In this document: positions 1-9,290 of the stretch, in pieces | Layout of the letters: each line of letters opens with the position of its first letter | How positions within the stretch are numbered: the first letter of the stretch is position 1 | The notes under the pieces: generated by a model | What the model was told of the DNA's origin: nothing | Database searches by the model: none | Seen by the model: only the letters and a program-made list of their open reading frames with translations | From: Dehalococcoidia bacterium | GTDB taxonomy: Bacteria; Chloroflexota; Dehalococcoidia; Bin125 | Assembly: GCA_963555985.3 (NCBI GenBank) | Contig: OY820591.1 | Coordinates: forward strand, 1,664,001-1,728,000 | DNA: 64,000 nucleotides | Direction of reading: 5' to 3' | Made by a program: the position numbers and the translations under genes

Positions 1-92
1 AACCATTTGTCAGATTATGTCAGGTAAAGACTGGGACGCGAGTGATTGAGGAAGAGCAGGCTCTTGAAGCGCTAGTGGCTCGGTTCGCCCCA

Positions 93-1532
93 CTACCGAA
101 TTCCTTGGCTGCGCAGTTTGGCCACCAACTCCTCCTGCGTCCCCGTACCCTTTGTCGAGTTGCAGGCACCACAGAGGAGTTGGAGATTCTCGATATGGTC
201 AGTGCCGCCGCGCGAGCGCGGAACGATGTGGTCAACTGTCATGTTGCGGAACGGGAAGGACGTCAGACACCCCATACATTTCCCTTCCTGTTGTCCGAAG
301 AGTCTTCGTCGATTGATAACCGACGCCGGGGGTGGAATAGGGCCGAGGTCCGTTCGCTTCGGGATGTCAGTGCGATGCGAACCGGTGAAGAACAGCCCGA
401 GTTCATCCTTGAGCCGCGTGACTACGAGGTCCGCCGCTTTGGGGGCAATGTCGATCCCTACCCATTGTCGTTCAAGATCCTCAGCCGCGACGCATGCGGT
501 AGCGCAGCCACAGAACGGGTCGAGCACCACATCGCCGGGATTCGAGGACGCGGCAATAAGTCTCTTGACGAGGTCCACGGGCTTCTGTGTGGGGTAGCCG
601 GTGTCCTCCGCACCAGTTACACGAAAAATGTCGATGATGATGTCGCCAACATGCACCCCCTCGCGCATCGAGAGGTAGCTCTTGTAGCGAGGGTTTCCTG
701 TCTGTGACCAGTGAATCAGACTGGCGGAATCCAGCGCCTCGCATTTTGCGATCGGGCCGAGCTGCTCGTAGTTGTTCGGAAGGAGGGCTTGTGCATCAGG
801 TGGAAATTTCTCACGCCGTGGAGGCGCCCAAGCACGCCCTGCCGATGGCAAGATTCCTCTGAACTCTCCGTAGGCCTCTGGTCCGCCCGGTCGACCGCCC
901 GTCAGCGGCTGCGTGTTGTACTTCCCAAGGTCATCCTCGTACCGAAACGTCGCCAGGTACTTCTCGGAGAATTCGACATACTGCTGATTCCATGTAGATT
1001 CCTTGCTCATGCGGTAATACAGGATGCGGTCGGAATTTCTCGCGTACTTCCGAATACTCAGAGCCTTACTCGAATGGCGCTGCCAAGTGAGCGCATTGCA
1101 GAACGCATCACTTCCGAAAATGGAGTCCAGTGTGAGTTTCAGATATGCGTCTGCGTAATCGTCGCAGTGCAGATAGATGCTCCCCGTCGGCTTGAGCAAG
1201 CGCCTCATTTCGAGGAGTCTGACCGACATCATCACCAAGTACGCCTTCATGCTGTCGCCATTGGCGGCCCCCGCCGCCTCGATTACTCGATAGAGACCCG
1301 GTTCGACATCAGCGATTTCACCGTGCCAAGCGAGATCGACGTCTTCGAGTGTCCACACATCCTTGAATTGAGCACCTTCCGCTGGGCTCCCAATGGGCGC
1401 TTCGTAGTCCTGGTCTGAGTTGTAGGGCGGATCCAGATAGATGAGGTCGACCGACTCAGAGTTCATGCCGCGCATGACATCGAGATTGTCGCCAGTCCAG
1501 ATTGTCTGATTTACCCAGTTCGGTTCACCCAC
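93..1532 (-). CDS. Amino-type (beta-class) DNA methyltransferase fused to a C-terminal HNH endonuclease domain
   Basis: DLIYLDPPY catalytic motif, YPTQKP..L and VLDPFCGCAT SAM-binding motif in beta order; C-terminal CMGC...VDHIVPRSRGG...NLQLLCGACNSTKG. GTG start at 1532 preferred; the ORF track opens at 1550. Confidence 0.9.
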   Translation of the reverse strand: MGEPNWVNQTIWTGDNLDVMRGMNSESVDLIYLDPPYNSDQDYEAPIGSPAEGAQFKDVWTLEDVDLAWHGEIADVEPGLYRVIEAAGAANGDSMKAYLVMMSVRLLEMRRLLKPTGSIYLHCDDYADAYLKLTLDSIFGSDAFCNALTWQRHSSKALSIRKYARNSDRILYYRMSKESTWNQQYVEFSEKYLATFRYEDDLGKYNTQPLTGGRPGGPEAYGEFRGILPSAGRAWAPPRREKFPPDAQALLPNNYEQLGPIAKCEALDSASLIHWSQTGNPRYKSYLSMREGVHVGDIIIDIFRVTGAEDTGYPTQKPVDLVKRLIAASSNPGDVVLDPFCGCATACVAAEDLERQWVGIDIAPKAADLVVTRLKDELGLFFTGSHRTDIPKRTDLGPIPPPASVINRRRLFGQQEGKCMGCLTSFPFRNMTVDHIVPRSRGGTDHIENLQLLCGACNSTKGTGTQEELVAKLRSQGIR

Positions 1533-1568
1533 GGCGCTGGAGCCTCTCAACGTCGTTCGTCCGATGAG

Positions 1569-2753
1569 TCACCGCGGCAACCCCAGACCCCTCGTCGCAA
1601 TAATGTTCCGCTGAATCTCGCTCGTACCCGCCGCAATCGTCAGCGGTACCGCGTTCAGGTATTCGTCGGGCATTCGGCCGTGGAGGGGAGCGTGCTCGTG
1701 CTCTCCGGCGATGTTGCCTCTGAGTCCGAACATGTTGATCATTCCGGCCAGGCGCTGGTTGATCATCGTGCCGTAGAGCTTCGACATCGACGCCTCGTGG
1801 TTCGGGACCAGCCCCTGCGACTGCATCCAGGCGACGCGATAGGCGAGCCAGCGACCGACCGTGAACTCGATCTGCAAATCGGCGAGCTTGTTGCGCACGC
1901 GCACATCCTCGTCGGGACGCCGACCGTCGGGGCCGGGGATTGAGGCCAGCTCGGTCAGCTCGTTCAGCAAGCGCACCCCCGAAACGACGCGGCTAATCCC
2001 GGAGCGCTCGAAGTCGAGCGTGGTCGTCGCCACATACCAGCCGCGATTGACCTCGCCGACCATGTTCGCGCTGGGCACGCGCACATCCTCGAAGAAGACC
2101 TCGTTGAAGTGGTGGCGGTTGGCCATATTGACCAGCGGTCGCACGGTGATCCCGGGCGTCTGCATGTCGATCAGGAAAAACGAGATCCCGCGATGTTTGG
2201 GCGCGTCCGGCTCCGTGCGGGCGAGCATGAAGATCCAGTCGGCGTGCTGCGCGCCGGAGGTCCAGATCTTCTGACCGTTGATGATGTAGTCGTCGCCGTC
2301 GCGCTGAGCGCGGGTCTGGAGCGAGGCGAGGTCGGAGCCGCTGCCCGGCTCGGAGAAGCCCTGGCACCACTGGATGTCGGCGCTGCGGATGCGCGGGAGG
2401 AAATACTCCTTCTGCTGATCGGAGCCGTACATGATCAGGGTCGGCCCGACGCGGTCGACGCCCTGGTTGTAGGTGGGCGCACGGTGGTGCGCCATCGTTT
2501 CATTGAACATCGCTTGACGAACGGGACCTGCGCCTGCGCCGCCATGCTCGACCGGCCAGCCGAGCGTGAGCCAGCCGCGGTCGGCAAGCCGGTGATGGAA
2601 CTGTCGCGTGAACTGCCAGCGCGCCTCATTCGCCGCGCCGTCCTCAGCCGGCCCCTCGGAGAGGTCAGCCCAACCGGGTGGCAGTTCGTCGGCGAGGAAA
2701 TCGATCACTTCCTCACGAAAGGCGAGGTCGGCGTCGGAGAAGCGGAAGTCCAT
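1569..2753 (-). CDS. Acyl-CoA dehydrogenase family protein
   Basis: MDFRFS start with GGAG RBS; WCQGFSEPGSGSDLASL, INGQKIWTS, TIAAGTSEIQRNII. Confidence 0.93.
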   Translation of the reverse strand: MDFRFSDADLAFREEVIDFLADELPPGWADLSEGPAEDGAANEARWQFTRQFHHRLADRGWLTLGWPVEHGGAGAGPVRQAMFNETMAHHRAPTYNQGVDRVGPTLIMYGSDQQKEYFLPRIRSADIQWCQGFSEPGSGSDLASLQTRAQRDGDDYIINGQKIWTSGAQHADWIFMLARTEPDAPKHRGISFFLIDMQTPGITVRPLVNMANRHHFNEVFFEDVRVPSANMVGEVNRGWYVATTTLDFERSGISRVVSGVRLLNELTELASIPGPDGRRPDEDVRVRNKLADLQIEFTVGRWLAYRVAWMQSQGLVPNHEASMSKLYGTMINQRLAGMINMFGLRGNIAGEHEHAPLHGRMPDEYLNAVPLTIAAGTSEIQRNIIATRGLGLPR

Positions 2754-2832
2754 CTCGGGCTCCATCGTTGCGGCTGCTCGGCGTGCTCTGAGAGTATCAG
2801 CGACCGGAGCGGCTGACGTTAGACTCTCGCGC

Positions 2833-3990
2833 ATGGCAATCGCGAATACGGGCGCGCTGGCGCAGGTGCGGGTGCTCGATCTCACCGACGACCGCGCCAT
2901 CTACGCGGGTAAGTTGCTGGGCGATCTAGGCGCGGAGGTGGTGCGCCTGGAACCGCCCGGCGGCGATCCGCTGCGCGAGCGCGCGCCCTTCCACGCTGAG
3001 AGCGGCGCATCGCTCTGGCACGCCTTCTTCGCCAGCTCTCGCCGTTTCGTCGCAGTCGCAGACGAGCCCGCCGCAATTCGCGCACTCGCCTCCGAAGCCG
3101 ACATCGTGCTCGATTGCGGGCGGCTCGCCGCCGCGGGATTGAGCGGCGAGCAGCTAATCGCGGCGAATCCGCCACTTGTAGTGGTGGATGTCAGTTCGTT
3201 CGGCCCGGACGGGCCGTGGGCCGACTATCTCGCGCCCGGGTTAGTGGCCGAGGCGCTCGGTGGCGTCGCGGCAACGAGCGGCGACGCGGACACGCCGCCG
3301 CTCAAGCTCTACGGAGACCAGTACGCCTTCGTCGCCGGAACCTACGCAGCCGTGGGGGCGCTGTCGGCGCTGCGACATGCGAGAGTGGCCGGAGCAGGTC
3401 AGGTCGTTCGGCTATCGGTGCATGAGGCGTTGTCGAGCATCCTCGAGCACGTGTTGATGTGGGCTTGGTATCACGAGTTACTGCCCTTTGCCGACGGTCC
3501 GGTCTTGCCGCGCCAGGGATCGCTGCACTGGTCGGGCGCCTATGTGGTGATGCAGGCGCTCGGCGGCTCGATCATGATCACGCCGACGCCCGACTTTCAG
3601 AAGCAAGTCGTCTGGCTGATTGAGGAGGACACCGGACTGGAGCTGCTGGATGAACGCTTCCTCGACCCGGCCAATCTGGCTGAGATGGTCGAACTGACCA
3701 TGAACACGCTGCGCGAATGGGTCGGAACGAAGGAGGTGGAGCCGTTCTTCCACGAGGCGCAGGGGCGGCATCACCCCTACGGCTGGGTGATGACGACGCC
3801 GGAAGTCGCCGCCAATCCGCAACTGGAGGCGCGCGATTGGTGGACGGACTACCAAGCCGACGGCGCGTCTGTAACGGGACCGGGCGCGCCCTATCACTTC
3901 TCGGCGACTCCGTGGTCGCTCGCGGACGGCGGAGACACGCGCTCGGTCTCGGCGGACGAAGTGATCAACGCAGTGGGTTGGGGCGACTGA
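2833..3990 (+). CDS. CoA-transferase family III (CaiB/BaiF) subunit, probably the non-catalytic partner
   Basis: VRVLDL...AGKLLGDLGAEVVRLEPPGGD; stop overlaps next start (TGATG); the usual catalytic Asp position reads F. Confidence 0.88.
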   Translation: MAIANTGALAQVRVLDLTDDRAIYAGKLLGDLGAEVVRLEPPGGDPLRERAPFHAESGASLWHAFFASSRRFVAVADEPAAIRALASEADIVLDCGRLAAAGLSGEQLIAANPPLVVVDVSSFGPDGPWADYLAPGLVAEALGGVAATSGDADTPPLKLYGDQYAFVAGTYAAVGALSALRHARVAGAGQVVRLSVHEALSSILEHVLMWAWYHELLPFADGPVLPRQGSLHWSGAYVVMQALGGSIMITPTPDFQKQVVWLIEEDTGLELLDERFLDPANLAEMVELTMNTLREWVGTKEVEPFFHEAQGRHHPYGWVMTTPEVAANPQLEARDWWTDYQADGASVTGPGAPYHFSATPWSLADGGDTRSVSADEVINAVGWGD

Positions 3991-5183
3991 TGGCAGGGCC
4001 GCTTGAGGGCGTGCGCATTCTCGATTTCACGCACGTACTGGCGGGCCCGTTCTGCACGCGCGTGCTCGGCGACATGGGCGCGGATGTGGTCAAGATCATG
4101 ACGTCGACGCGGGCGGGGCTCGCGGGCGGGCCGGAGCATCCGTACCACGTGATGTGGAATCGCAACAAGCGGGTGCTGCAATTGGATCTCAGCCGCGACG
4201 AAGCGCGTGCGATCGCACGCGACCTCGCGCTCAAGGCCGATGTGGTGATCGACAACTTCTCAGTCGGCGTGCTCGACCGCTGGGGGCTGGGCTACGAATC
4301 GGTTGCGGCGGAACATCCCGGCGTGATCTACGTCGGCATGAGCGGCATGGGTGTGACCGGGCCGTGGGCGTCGTATGTGACCTACGCGCCGACCGTTCAC
4401 GCGCTGGCGGGGCTGACCTATCTGACCGGCGTTCCGGGGCGGAATGACATCGGGATTGGCTTCTCCTACAACGACCACATGGCTGGACTGCACGGAGCGG
4501 TCGCGGTGCTGGCGGCGCTCGAAGCTCGGCGGGCAACCGGCCGCGGCCAACGAGTAGACATGTCGCAGTTCGAGGTCGGGGTGACGTTCTCAGGCGTGGC
4601 CCTGTTGGACTGGTTCGCTAATGGGATCGCAGCGGAACCGGTCGGGAACGATCCGGCCTGGGAGCGCTGGGCGCCTCATGCGGTCTACCCGTGCAGCGGA
4701 GAAGACGCCTGGGTTGCGATCGCGGTCGTGTCGGATGATCAGTGGCGTTCATTATGTCGTGTTCTAGACGCTTCGGACTGGGCGGCGGACGCGAGCTTGG
4801 CGACCACGGAAGGTCGCTGGGGGCGGCGATCCGAATTGGATGAACGCATCGCCGAATGGACCTCGGTTCGTAACCGATATGAGATTATGGAAATCTTGCA
4901 AGCGGCCGGAGTCCCGGCCGGAGTCGTGCAGACCGGCGAAGACCTGACCACCCGCGATCCGCAGCTTCGACACGCCGAGATGTACTTCACGTTCGAGGAG
5001 ACGCATCCAGCCCTGGGAGAGGTACATGGCGACCGTTTACCGCTGCAATTTTCAGCGACGCCGGTGAGCGAGTACCGGCGCAGCGAGATGTTCGGCGAGT
5101 CGAATGCGTCGGTCGCGGCGGACTGGCTGGGCATGAGCGCCGACGAGGTGGCCAAGCTCGAAGCCGACGGCATCTTCGAATAA
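3990..5183 (+). CDS. CoA-transferase family III (CaiB/BaiF)
   Basis: GPLEGVRILDFTHVLAGPFCT, NRNKR, YNDHMAG with catalytic Asp, GRGQRVDMSQ. Confidence 0.93.
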   Translation: MAGPLEGVRILDFTHVLAGPFCTRVLGDMGADVVKIMTSTRAGLAGGPEHPYHVMWNRNKRVLQLDLSRDEARAIARDLALKADVVIDNFSVGVLDRWGLGYESVAAEHPGVIYVGMSGMGVTGPWASYVTYAPTVHALAGLTYLTGVPGRNDIGIGFSYNDHMAGLHGAVAVLAALEARRATGRGQRVDMSQFEVGVTFSGVALLDWFANGIAAEPVGNDPAWERWAPHAVYPCSGEDAWVAIAVVSDDQWRSLCRVLDASDWAADASLATTEGRWGRRSELDERIAEWTSVRNRYEIMEILQAAGVPAGVVQTGEDLTTRDPQLRHAEMYFTFEETHPALGEVHGDRLPLQFSATPVSEYRRSEMFGESNASVAADWLGMSADEVAKLEADGIFE

Positions 5184-5184
5184 C

Positions 5185-6171
5185 TCATCCACGCTCCAAG
5201 GCCTGGTATGAGTCGGCGATCCGGCGGAAGTTGACGATTCGTACGTCGAGTCCGCTCTCGGCGCAGAGCTCGAAGGCTCGATTCATTGCACTGACGATCC
5301 AGCGTTCGTCATTGCCGAAGACGCCGCCGCCAACGCTGGTGAGGTAGACGGGCGCGCCCGGGTAGCGATCGGCGTTCTCAATCGCAGCCAACAGCGTCGC
5401 CTCGTACAGCGCTTCGAGGATGAGCGCCGCAAAGCGATTGGCCTGCCCACTTGACTCAGGCCAATACGCGAGCGGCAACGCTGAGCAATAGGCCTGCGAG
5501 ACGAGATGTCCCGCGTTGGGATGTGTGACTTCAACGTCCCAGTGAAGACCAATGCGGAGCCGCGAGCGGAGTTCGTCCTCGTCGCTCAAATTCATCGCCG
5601 CGAGCTTCGCGCCAAGCGCTTCCAAACCGCCAGGGGCAGGCATGGCGTATCCGTTGCGCAGCTCGAACAGCGGCTCTCCGCTGCCAGAGAGCCAGTCCTG
5701 GACGTCACGCAGACAGTCGATCTGCTGGTCGGCGGTCTGTCCAACTTGATCGCCGAGCGGCACGAAGTAGTTGCGATACACCGTTCCCGCCCCGGCAGCG
5801 ACCGCACAGGCAGGCCCCTGAGTGCGGTCGTGGGCGTAGCCGCTGATCCCTGCTTCGGGAGTGACGTCCGGACTAATCATTTCGAGCAGGTTGAATTGGG
5901 AGGCGGCCTGGATCAGTGCGTGGGCGTTGGCGGGGTCGCGGTGGAGCGCGCCGGCTTCGCCGACGGCGTTGCGAACGCGGATTGGGGTTCCGCGCCGAGT
6001 GTCAACCCGCTCACGCAGTTCGGCGAGAGTTGGGGTTTCGAGTCGGCCAATGGCGAAGGAGCGTCCGTTGGCGCGAGAGCGCAGGCTGTCGCCGACGACC
6101 GTGAGATGGGCGTAGACGGCGTCCGAGGTCTCCTGGAAGCCGAAGAGTCGCTCGAACCAGTCAGCGGGCAT
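5185..6171 (-). CDS. Conserved hypothetical protein, macrodomain/PARG-like motifs
   Basis: GGAGGAG RBS; QAASQFNLLEM, YAHDRTQGPAC, LTSVGGGVFGN; function inferred. Confidence 0.65.
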   Translation of the reverse strand: MPADWFERLFGFQETSDAVYAHLTVVGDSLRSRANGRSFAIGRLETPTLAELRERVDTRRGTPIRVRNAVGEAGALHRDPANAHALIQAASQFNLLEMISPDVTPEAGISGYAHDRTQGPACAVAAGAGTVYRNYFVPLGDQVGQTADQQIDCLRDVQDWLSGSGEPLFELRNGYAMPAPGGLEALGAKLAAMNLSDEDELRSRLRIGLHWDVEVTHPNAGHLVSQAYCSALPLAYWPESSGQANRFAALILEALYEATLLAAIENADRYPGAPVYLTSVGGGVFGNDERWIVSAMNRAFELCAESGLDVRIVNFRRIADSYQALERG

Positions 6172-6191
6172 CGGCGGCGCTCCTCCCCGGC

Positions 6192-6292
6192 GTGTTCAGG
6201 GTGTTCAGCGATAAATTTTTTGGGCGGCGTTCGATCCGCTTCGCCTTGGAATTTGCAGGGTTTTGGCGTTCAGGCCGTTCAGGGATGTTCAG
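6192..6292 (-). repeat. Phased short direct repeats (CTGAAC core on the - strand), 9-10 bp period, with an A-tract
   Basis: GTGTTCAG at 6192 and 6201; GTTCAG at 6268, 6277 and 6287. Confidence 0.7.
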
Positions 6293-6437
6293 CATGGGTT
6301 TGAGGGCTGCCAAGAAAAAAAACGGAGACAGGCAGAAAAACAGCCGCACGCGGGCAGAACACCCACACCAGGACCAGGAGAAGGAGGTAGTAGGCATGAG
6401 CGGCACCTTTCGGTTGATCTTTTCTAGAACGGGACAT
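6279..6437 (-). CDS. Putative 52-aa hydrophobic small protein (not in ORF track)
   Basis: MSRSRKDQPKGAAHAYYLLLLVLVWVFCPRAAVFLPVSVFFLGSPQTHAEHP, just downstream of a TATAAT. Confidence 0.3.
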   Translation of the reverse strand: MSRSRKDQPKGAAHAYYLLLLVLVWVFCPRAAVFLPVSVFFLGSPQTHAEHP

Positions 6438-6446
6438 CTAATTATA
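6425..6446 (-). promoter_or_regulatory. -10 box TATAAT with adjacent degenerate SOS-like palindrome
   Basis: ATTATA at 6441-6446; TAGAAC-GGGA-CATCTA at 6425-6440. Confidence 0.45.
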
Positions 6447-6592
6447 TCGCGCTAGGAGTTGGATGGGGCGTCAGCGGGCGGTTTCGCGCCAATTGCAGAT
6501 GTAGTTGGACTGCTCAGTCTTATCGCTCGGGTAGTTGCCGGCGAAGAACTGGTCGGGAAGGACCCAGAAGGACTCTGAACGAGGGAGTGCCG

Positions 6593-7582
6593 TCATGCAG
6601 GTACGAGGCCAGGTTTGAGACCTAGCCGGTCGCGGATTTCGTCCGACATTTCCGACCAGTGCTCCACGAGTAGTTCTACGAGCTGATTGCCGTTGATCAG
6701 CTCGATCGGCTGGAATCCCTCTGCCGTCGCCCGTTTCTTTGTACGCTTTGCAAAGTCAGAGGTGGTGATGATCGCTCCGCGCCCGCCGTCCGGGATTCCA
6801 CCACGTAGTTCTTGCACCGTCTTAGGGTTGACGTTCCGCCCGACCTCGTATCGTTTTGCCTGAACGAACACCCGAACGCGAGCGAAACTCGCACCAGATA
6901 GCACGCCAACGACATCAACCCCTTCATCGCCGGAGCCTCCAGTTCGCTCAACGTCCTCGTATCCCACCGCGGTCATCAAGTCTTTCACGAAGAACTCGAA
7001 CTCGGTTGGGTCAAGCGTCAGGATTCGCTCAATGACGGCCTTCGTGGCATCCACTTGCTGAACTACGAGTTCCGGCGATCGCCCTTCGGACATCGCGACT
7101 ATCGCGAGAAAGTCGCGACGACTGTTCACGGAGAAGACGGTTATGCGTCCGCGAAGATTGTTCTGAAGCGCGATCGGCAGCGCCCACCGATCCAATGGCT
7201 GCTCCCTCCACTCGACGGTGCGTCGGTGTCGGAATTCGCATCCGTCGGAGCCACTGAAGAAGCGGTAGGCACCTGCGGAACCGATCTGGCCATAGAAGAG
7301 CCAGCGCGAGTCAGCCGCCGGGGTAATCACCCAATCTCCCTCGCGCATCTCAAATCCGAACCTGCGGATCTGACCTGCGGCCTGCCCAAGCTCCATCTGG
7401 GTACTCCACGACCACTGATTGCTCAGCGCGTCTTGGATCGCATCTGGCCCGCCGAGATCCTCCAAATCGCCGATTTCGTTCCAACCGATGGCAATGTAAC
7501 CGCCCTCTACCCAGAGGTCGGTGAATCTACCGCCGTCGGCCCGGACGACCCAGACGTTCGGTATCCGCGCTGCCGTGGCCAT
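6593..7582 (-). CDS. mrr: Mrr-family (type IV) restriction endonuclease
   Basis: N-terminal WVVRA...IAIGW domain; C-terminal EFEFFV..L...GY...DEGVDV...QAKRY...IITTSDF...LINGNQL. Confidence 0.85.
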   Translation of the reverse strand: MATAARIPNVWVVRADGGRFTDLWVEGGYIAIGWNEIGDLEDLGGPDAIQDALSNQWSWSTQMELGQAAGQIRRFGFEMREGDWVITPAADSRWLFYGQIGSAGAYRFFSGSDGCEFRHRRTVEWREQPLDRWALPIALQNNLRGRITVFSVNSRRDFLAIVAMSEGRSPELVVQQVDATKAVIERILTLDPTEFEFFVKDLMTAVGYEDVERTGGSGDEGVDVVGVLSGASFARVRVFVQAKRYEVGRNVNPKTVQELRGGIPDGGRGAIITTSDFAKRTKKRATAEGFQPIELINGNQLVELLVEHWSEMSDEIRDRLGLKPGLVPA

Positions 7583-7592
7583 CGGGTGCCCC

Positions 7593-9239
7593 CTAGTGCC
7601 GATTGGAGTAGTCGATCTCCTTCGACGTGATCACCTCGATCAGCGCCGGCTGACCTTCCTCCGTCGCCGCGATCCCGCGCTTGAACGCCTCCTTCAGATC
7701 ACCAGGCGACTCCACTCGCTCTCCGTAGCCGCCGAAGGCCTTGGCCATATCGGCGTAGTGACCGGAGATATCGGTCGCCCGATACTTCTCCGTCGCCGTC
7801 TTCATGATTGGAAGCTCGATCGCCATCGAGAAGTTGTTGAGCAGCACACTGAGGATCGGGATGTTTTCGCGCACCGCCGTCTCGAAGTCCATCCCGGTCA
7901 TGCCGATCGCGGCGTCGCCCCAGACGTTGAGACAGGTCTTCTCGGGGGCGGCGACTTTTGCGCCCATCGCGTAACCGAGGCCGGTGCCGAGTTGGGTGGT
8001 CTTGCCCCAGCCGATGTAGCTCAGCGGCGTGGTCGAGTTCCAGAACGGCGACATCTGGTCGCGCGGCGAGCCGGCGTCGTGGGTAGCGACCACGTTGTCG
8101 ATCCCGACCGTCTCGTCCAGCGTCGCGTGCAGATCCTTCAGCGCCCGGTACGGGTTGATCGGAGCTTCATTGTGGTCGCTCTTGTGCGACCAGTCCGCGC
8201 GCCACTCACCGTTGATCCGGGCGATCTCGGCGGCGATGGCGTCGGCGCGTCCGCGCGGTCCCGAGATCAGCTCCCGCACCTCGCCGATGATCGCGTCAAG
8301 CACGAGCCCTGCATCGCCGACGATGCCCTCCGAGATCTCCACCTCGTTGTTGAAGTCCTCAGGGTCGAGCGTCGAGTGGATGTAGTACGGACCCTTCGGC
8401 ATCGCCAGACCGAAGCCGGTCTTGGCGAAGGAGCAGCCGATCCCGAAGATCACGTCGGCATTCTGGACGAATTGATGCACTGCGCGCGGGAAGGCGCGAC
8501 CACCCGAGCCCAGCGAGAGCGGATGCGTTTCCGGGAACGCGCTCTTGCCCTGGAGCGAGGTCGTGACCGGCGCTTCGAGCAGCTCGGCCAGTTCCTTGAG
8601 CTGATCCCAAGCCTTGGCGTAATGCACGCCCTGCCCTGCGTAGATCACTGGGCGCTCGGCGTTGACCAGCGTCTGGGCGGCTTTGCGGGCGTCAGCCGGG
8701 TCGGGGCCGGTGCGGTGTGATGGCGTGGGCCGGTAGTCGATCGGCTCCTCGTGCTCAGCGCCCCAAATGTCGCCGGGAATCTCAAGCACTACCGGTCGCG
8801 GACGACCGTTGCGGGCGTGGGTGAAGGCGCGGCGCACGGCGTTGGAGAGATCGTTGGGGTCGGTGAGCTGCTCGGTCCACTTGCTCACGTGCTGGAAGTT
8901 GACCAGGCCGCTGAAGTTGGGCGCGACGTTTGTCTGCGCGCGGGCGTAGCCACCGGGAATGGCGACCATTGGAGCGGACTCGCTGTAGGCCTGGGCGAGA
9001 CCGCCGAATGAGTTCTCGGAACCGGGGCCGTTCTGGGTCAAGTAGACGCCGACCTGATCGCCCGACGTCATCCGGCCGAAGGCGTCGGCCATATGGATCG
9101 CCGTGCGCTCCTGCCGCACGACAATCGTGCGGATGTCGGCTTCGGCGGCGGCTTCGAAGATCGGATTGACGGGGTAGCCGACTACAAAGTCGACCCCCTC
9201 ACGCTTCAACATCTCGGCGATCGCGTTTGCGGTTCTCAT
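7593..9239 (-). CDS. Thiamine pyrophosphate-requiring enzyme (acetolactate synthase-like)
   Basis: RQERTAIHMAD, NGPGSEN, RPRPVVLEIP, GDAA...NN ThDP motif. Confidence 0.92.
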   Translation of the reverse strand: MRTANAIAEMLKREGVDFVVGYPVNPIFEAAAEADIRTIVVRQERTAIHMADAFGRMTSGDQVGVYLTQNGPGSENSFGGLAQAYSESAPMVAIPGGYARAQTNVAPNFSGLVNFQHVSKWTEQLTDPNDLSNAVRRAFTHARNGRPRPVVLEIPGDIWGAEHEEPIDYRPTPSHRTGPDPADARKAAQTLVNAERPVIYAGQGVHYAKAWDQLKELAELLEAPVTTSLQGKSAFPETHPLSLGSGGRAFPRAVHQFVQNADVIFGIGCSFAKTGFGLAMPKGPYYIHSTLDPEDFNNEVEISEGIVGDAGLVLDAIIGEVRELISGPRGRADAIAAEIARINGEWRADWSHKSDHNEAPINPYRALKDLHATLDETVGIDNVVATHDAGSPRDQMSPFWNSTTPLSYIGWGKTTQLGTGLGYAMGAKVAAPEKTCLNVWGDAAIGMTGMDFETAVRENIPILSVLLNNFSMAIELPIMKTATEKYRATDISGHYADMAKAFGGYGERVESPGDLKEAFKRGIAATEEGQPALIEVITSKEIDYSNRH

Positions 9240-9290
9240 GCGTGCTCCTCGTGCATTCGCGCTCAGGGGCGCGGATTTGGGCGGCTAGGA

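Noticed and set aside
7593-9239. Gene symbol ilvB
   Set aside because: No regulatory subunit or ilv context; looks like a catabolic ThDP paralog
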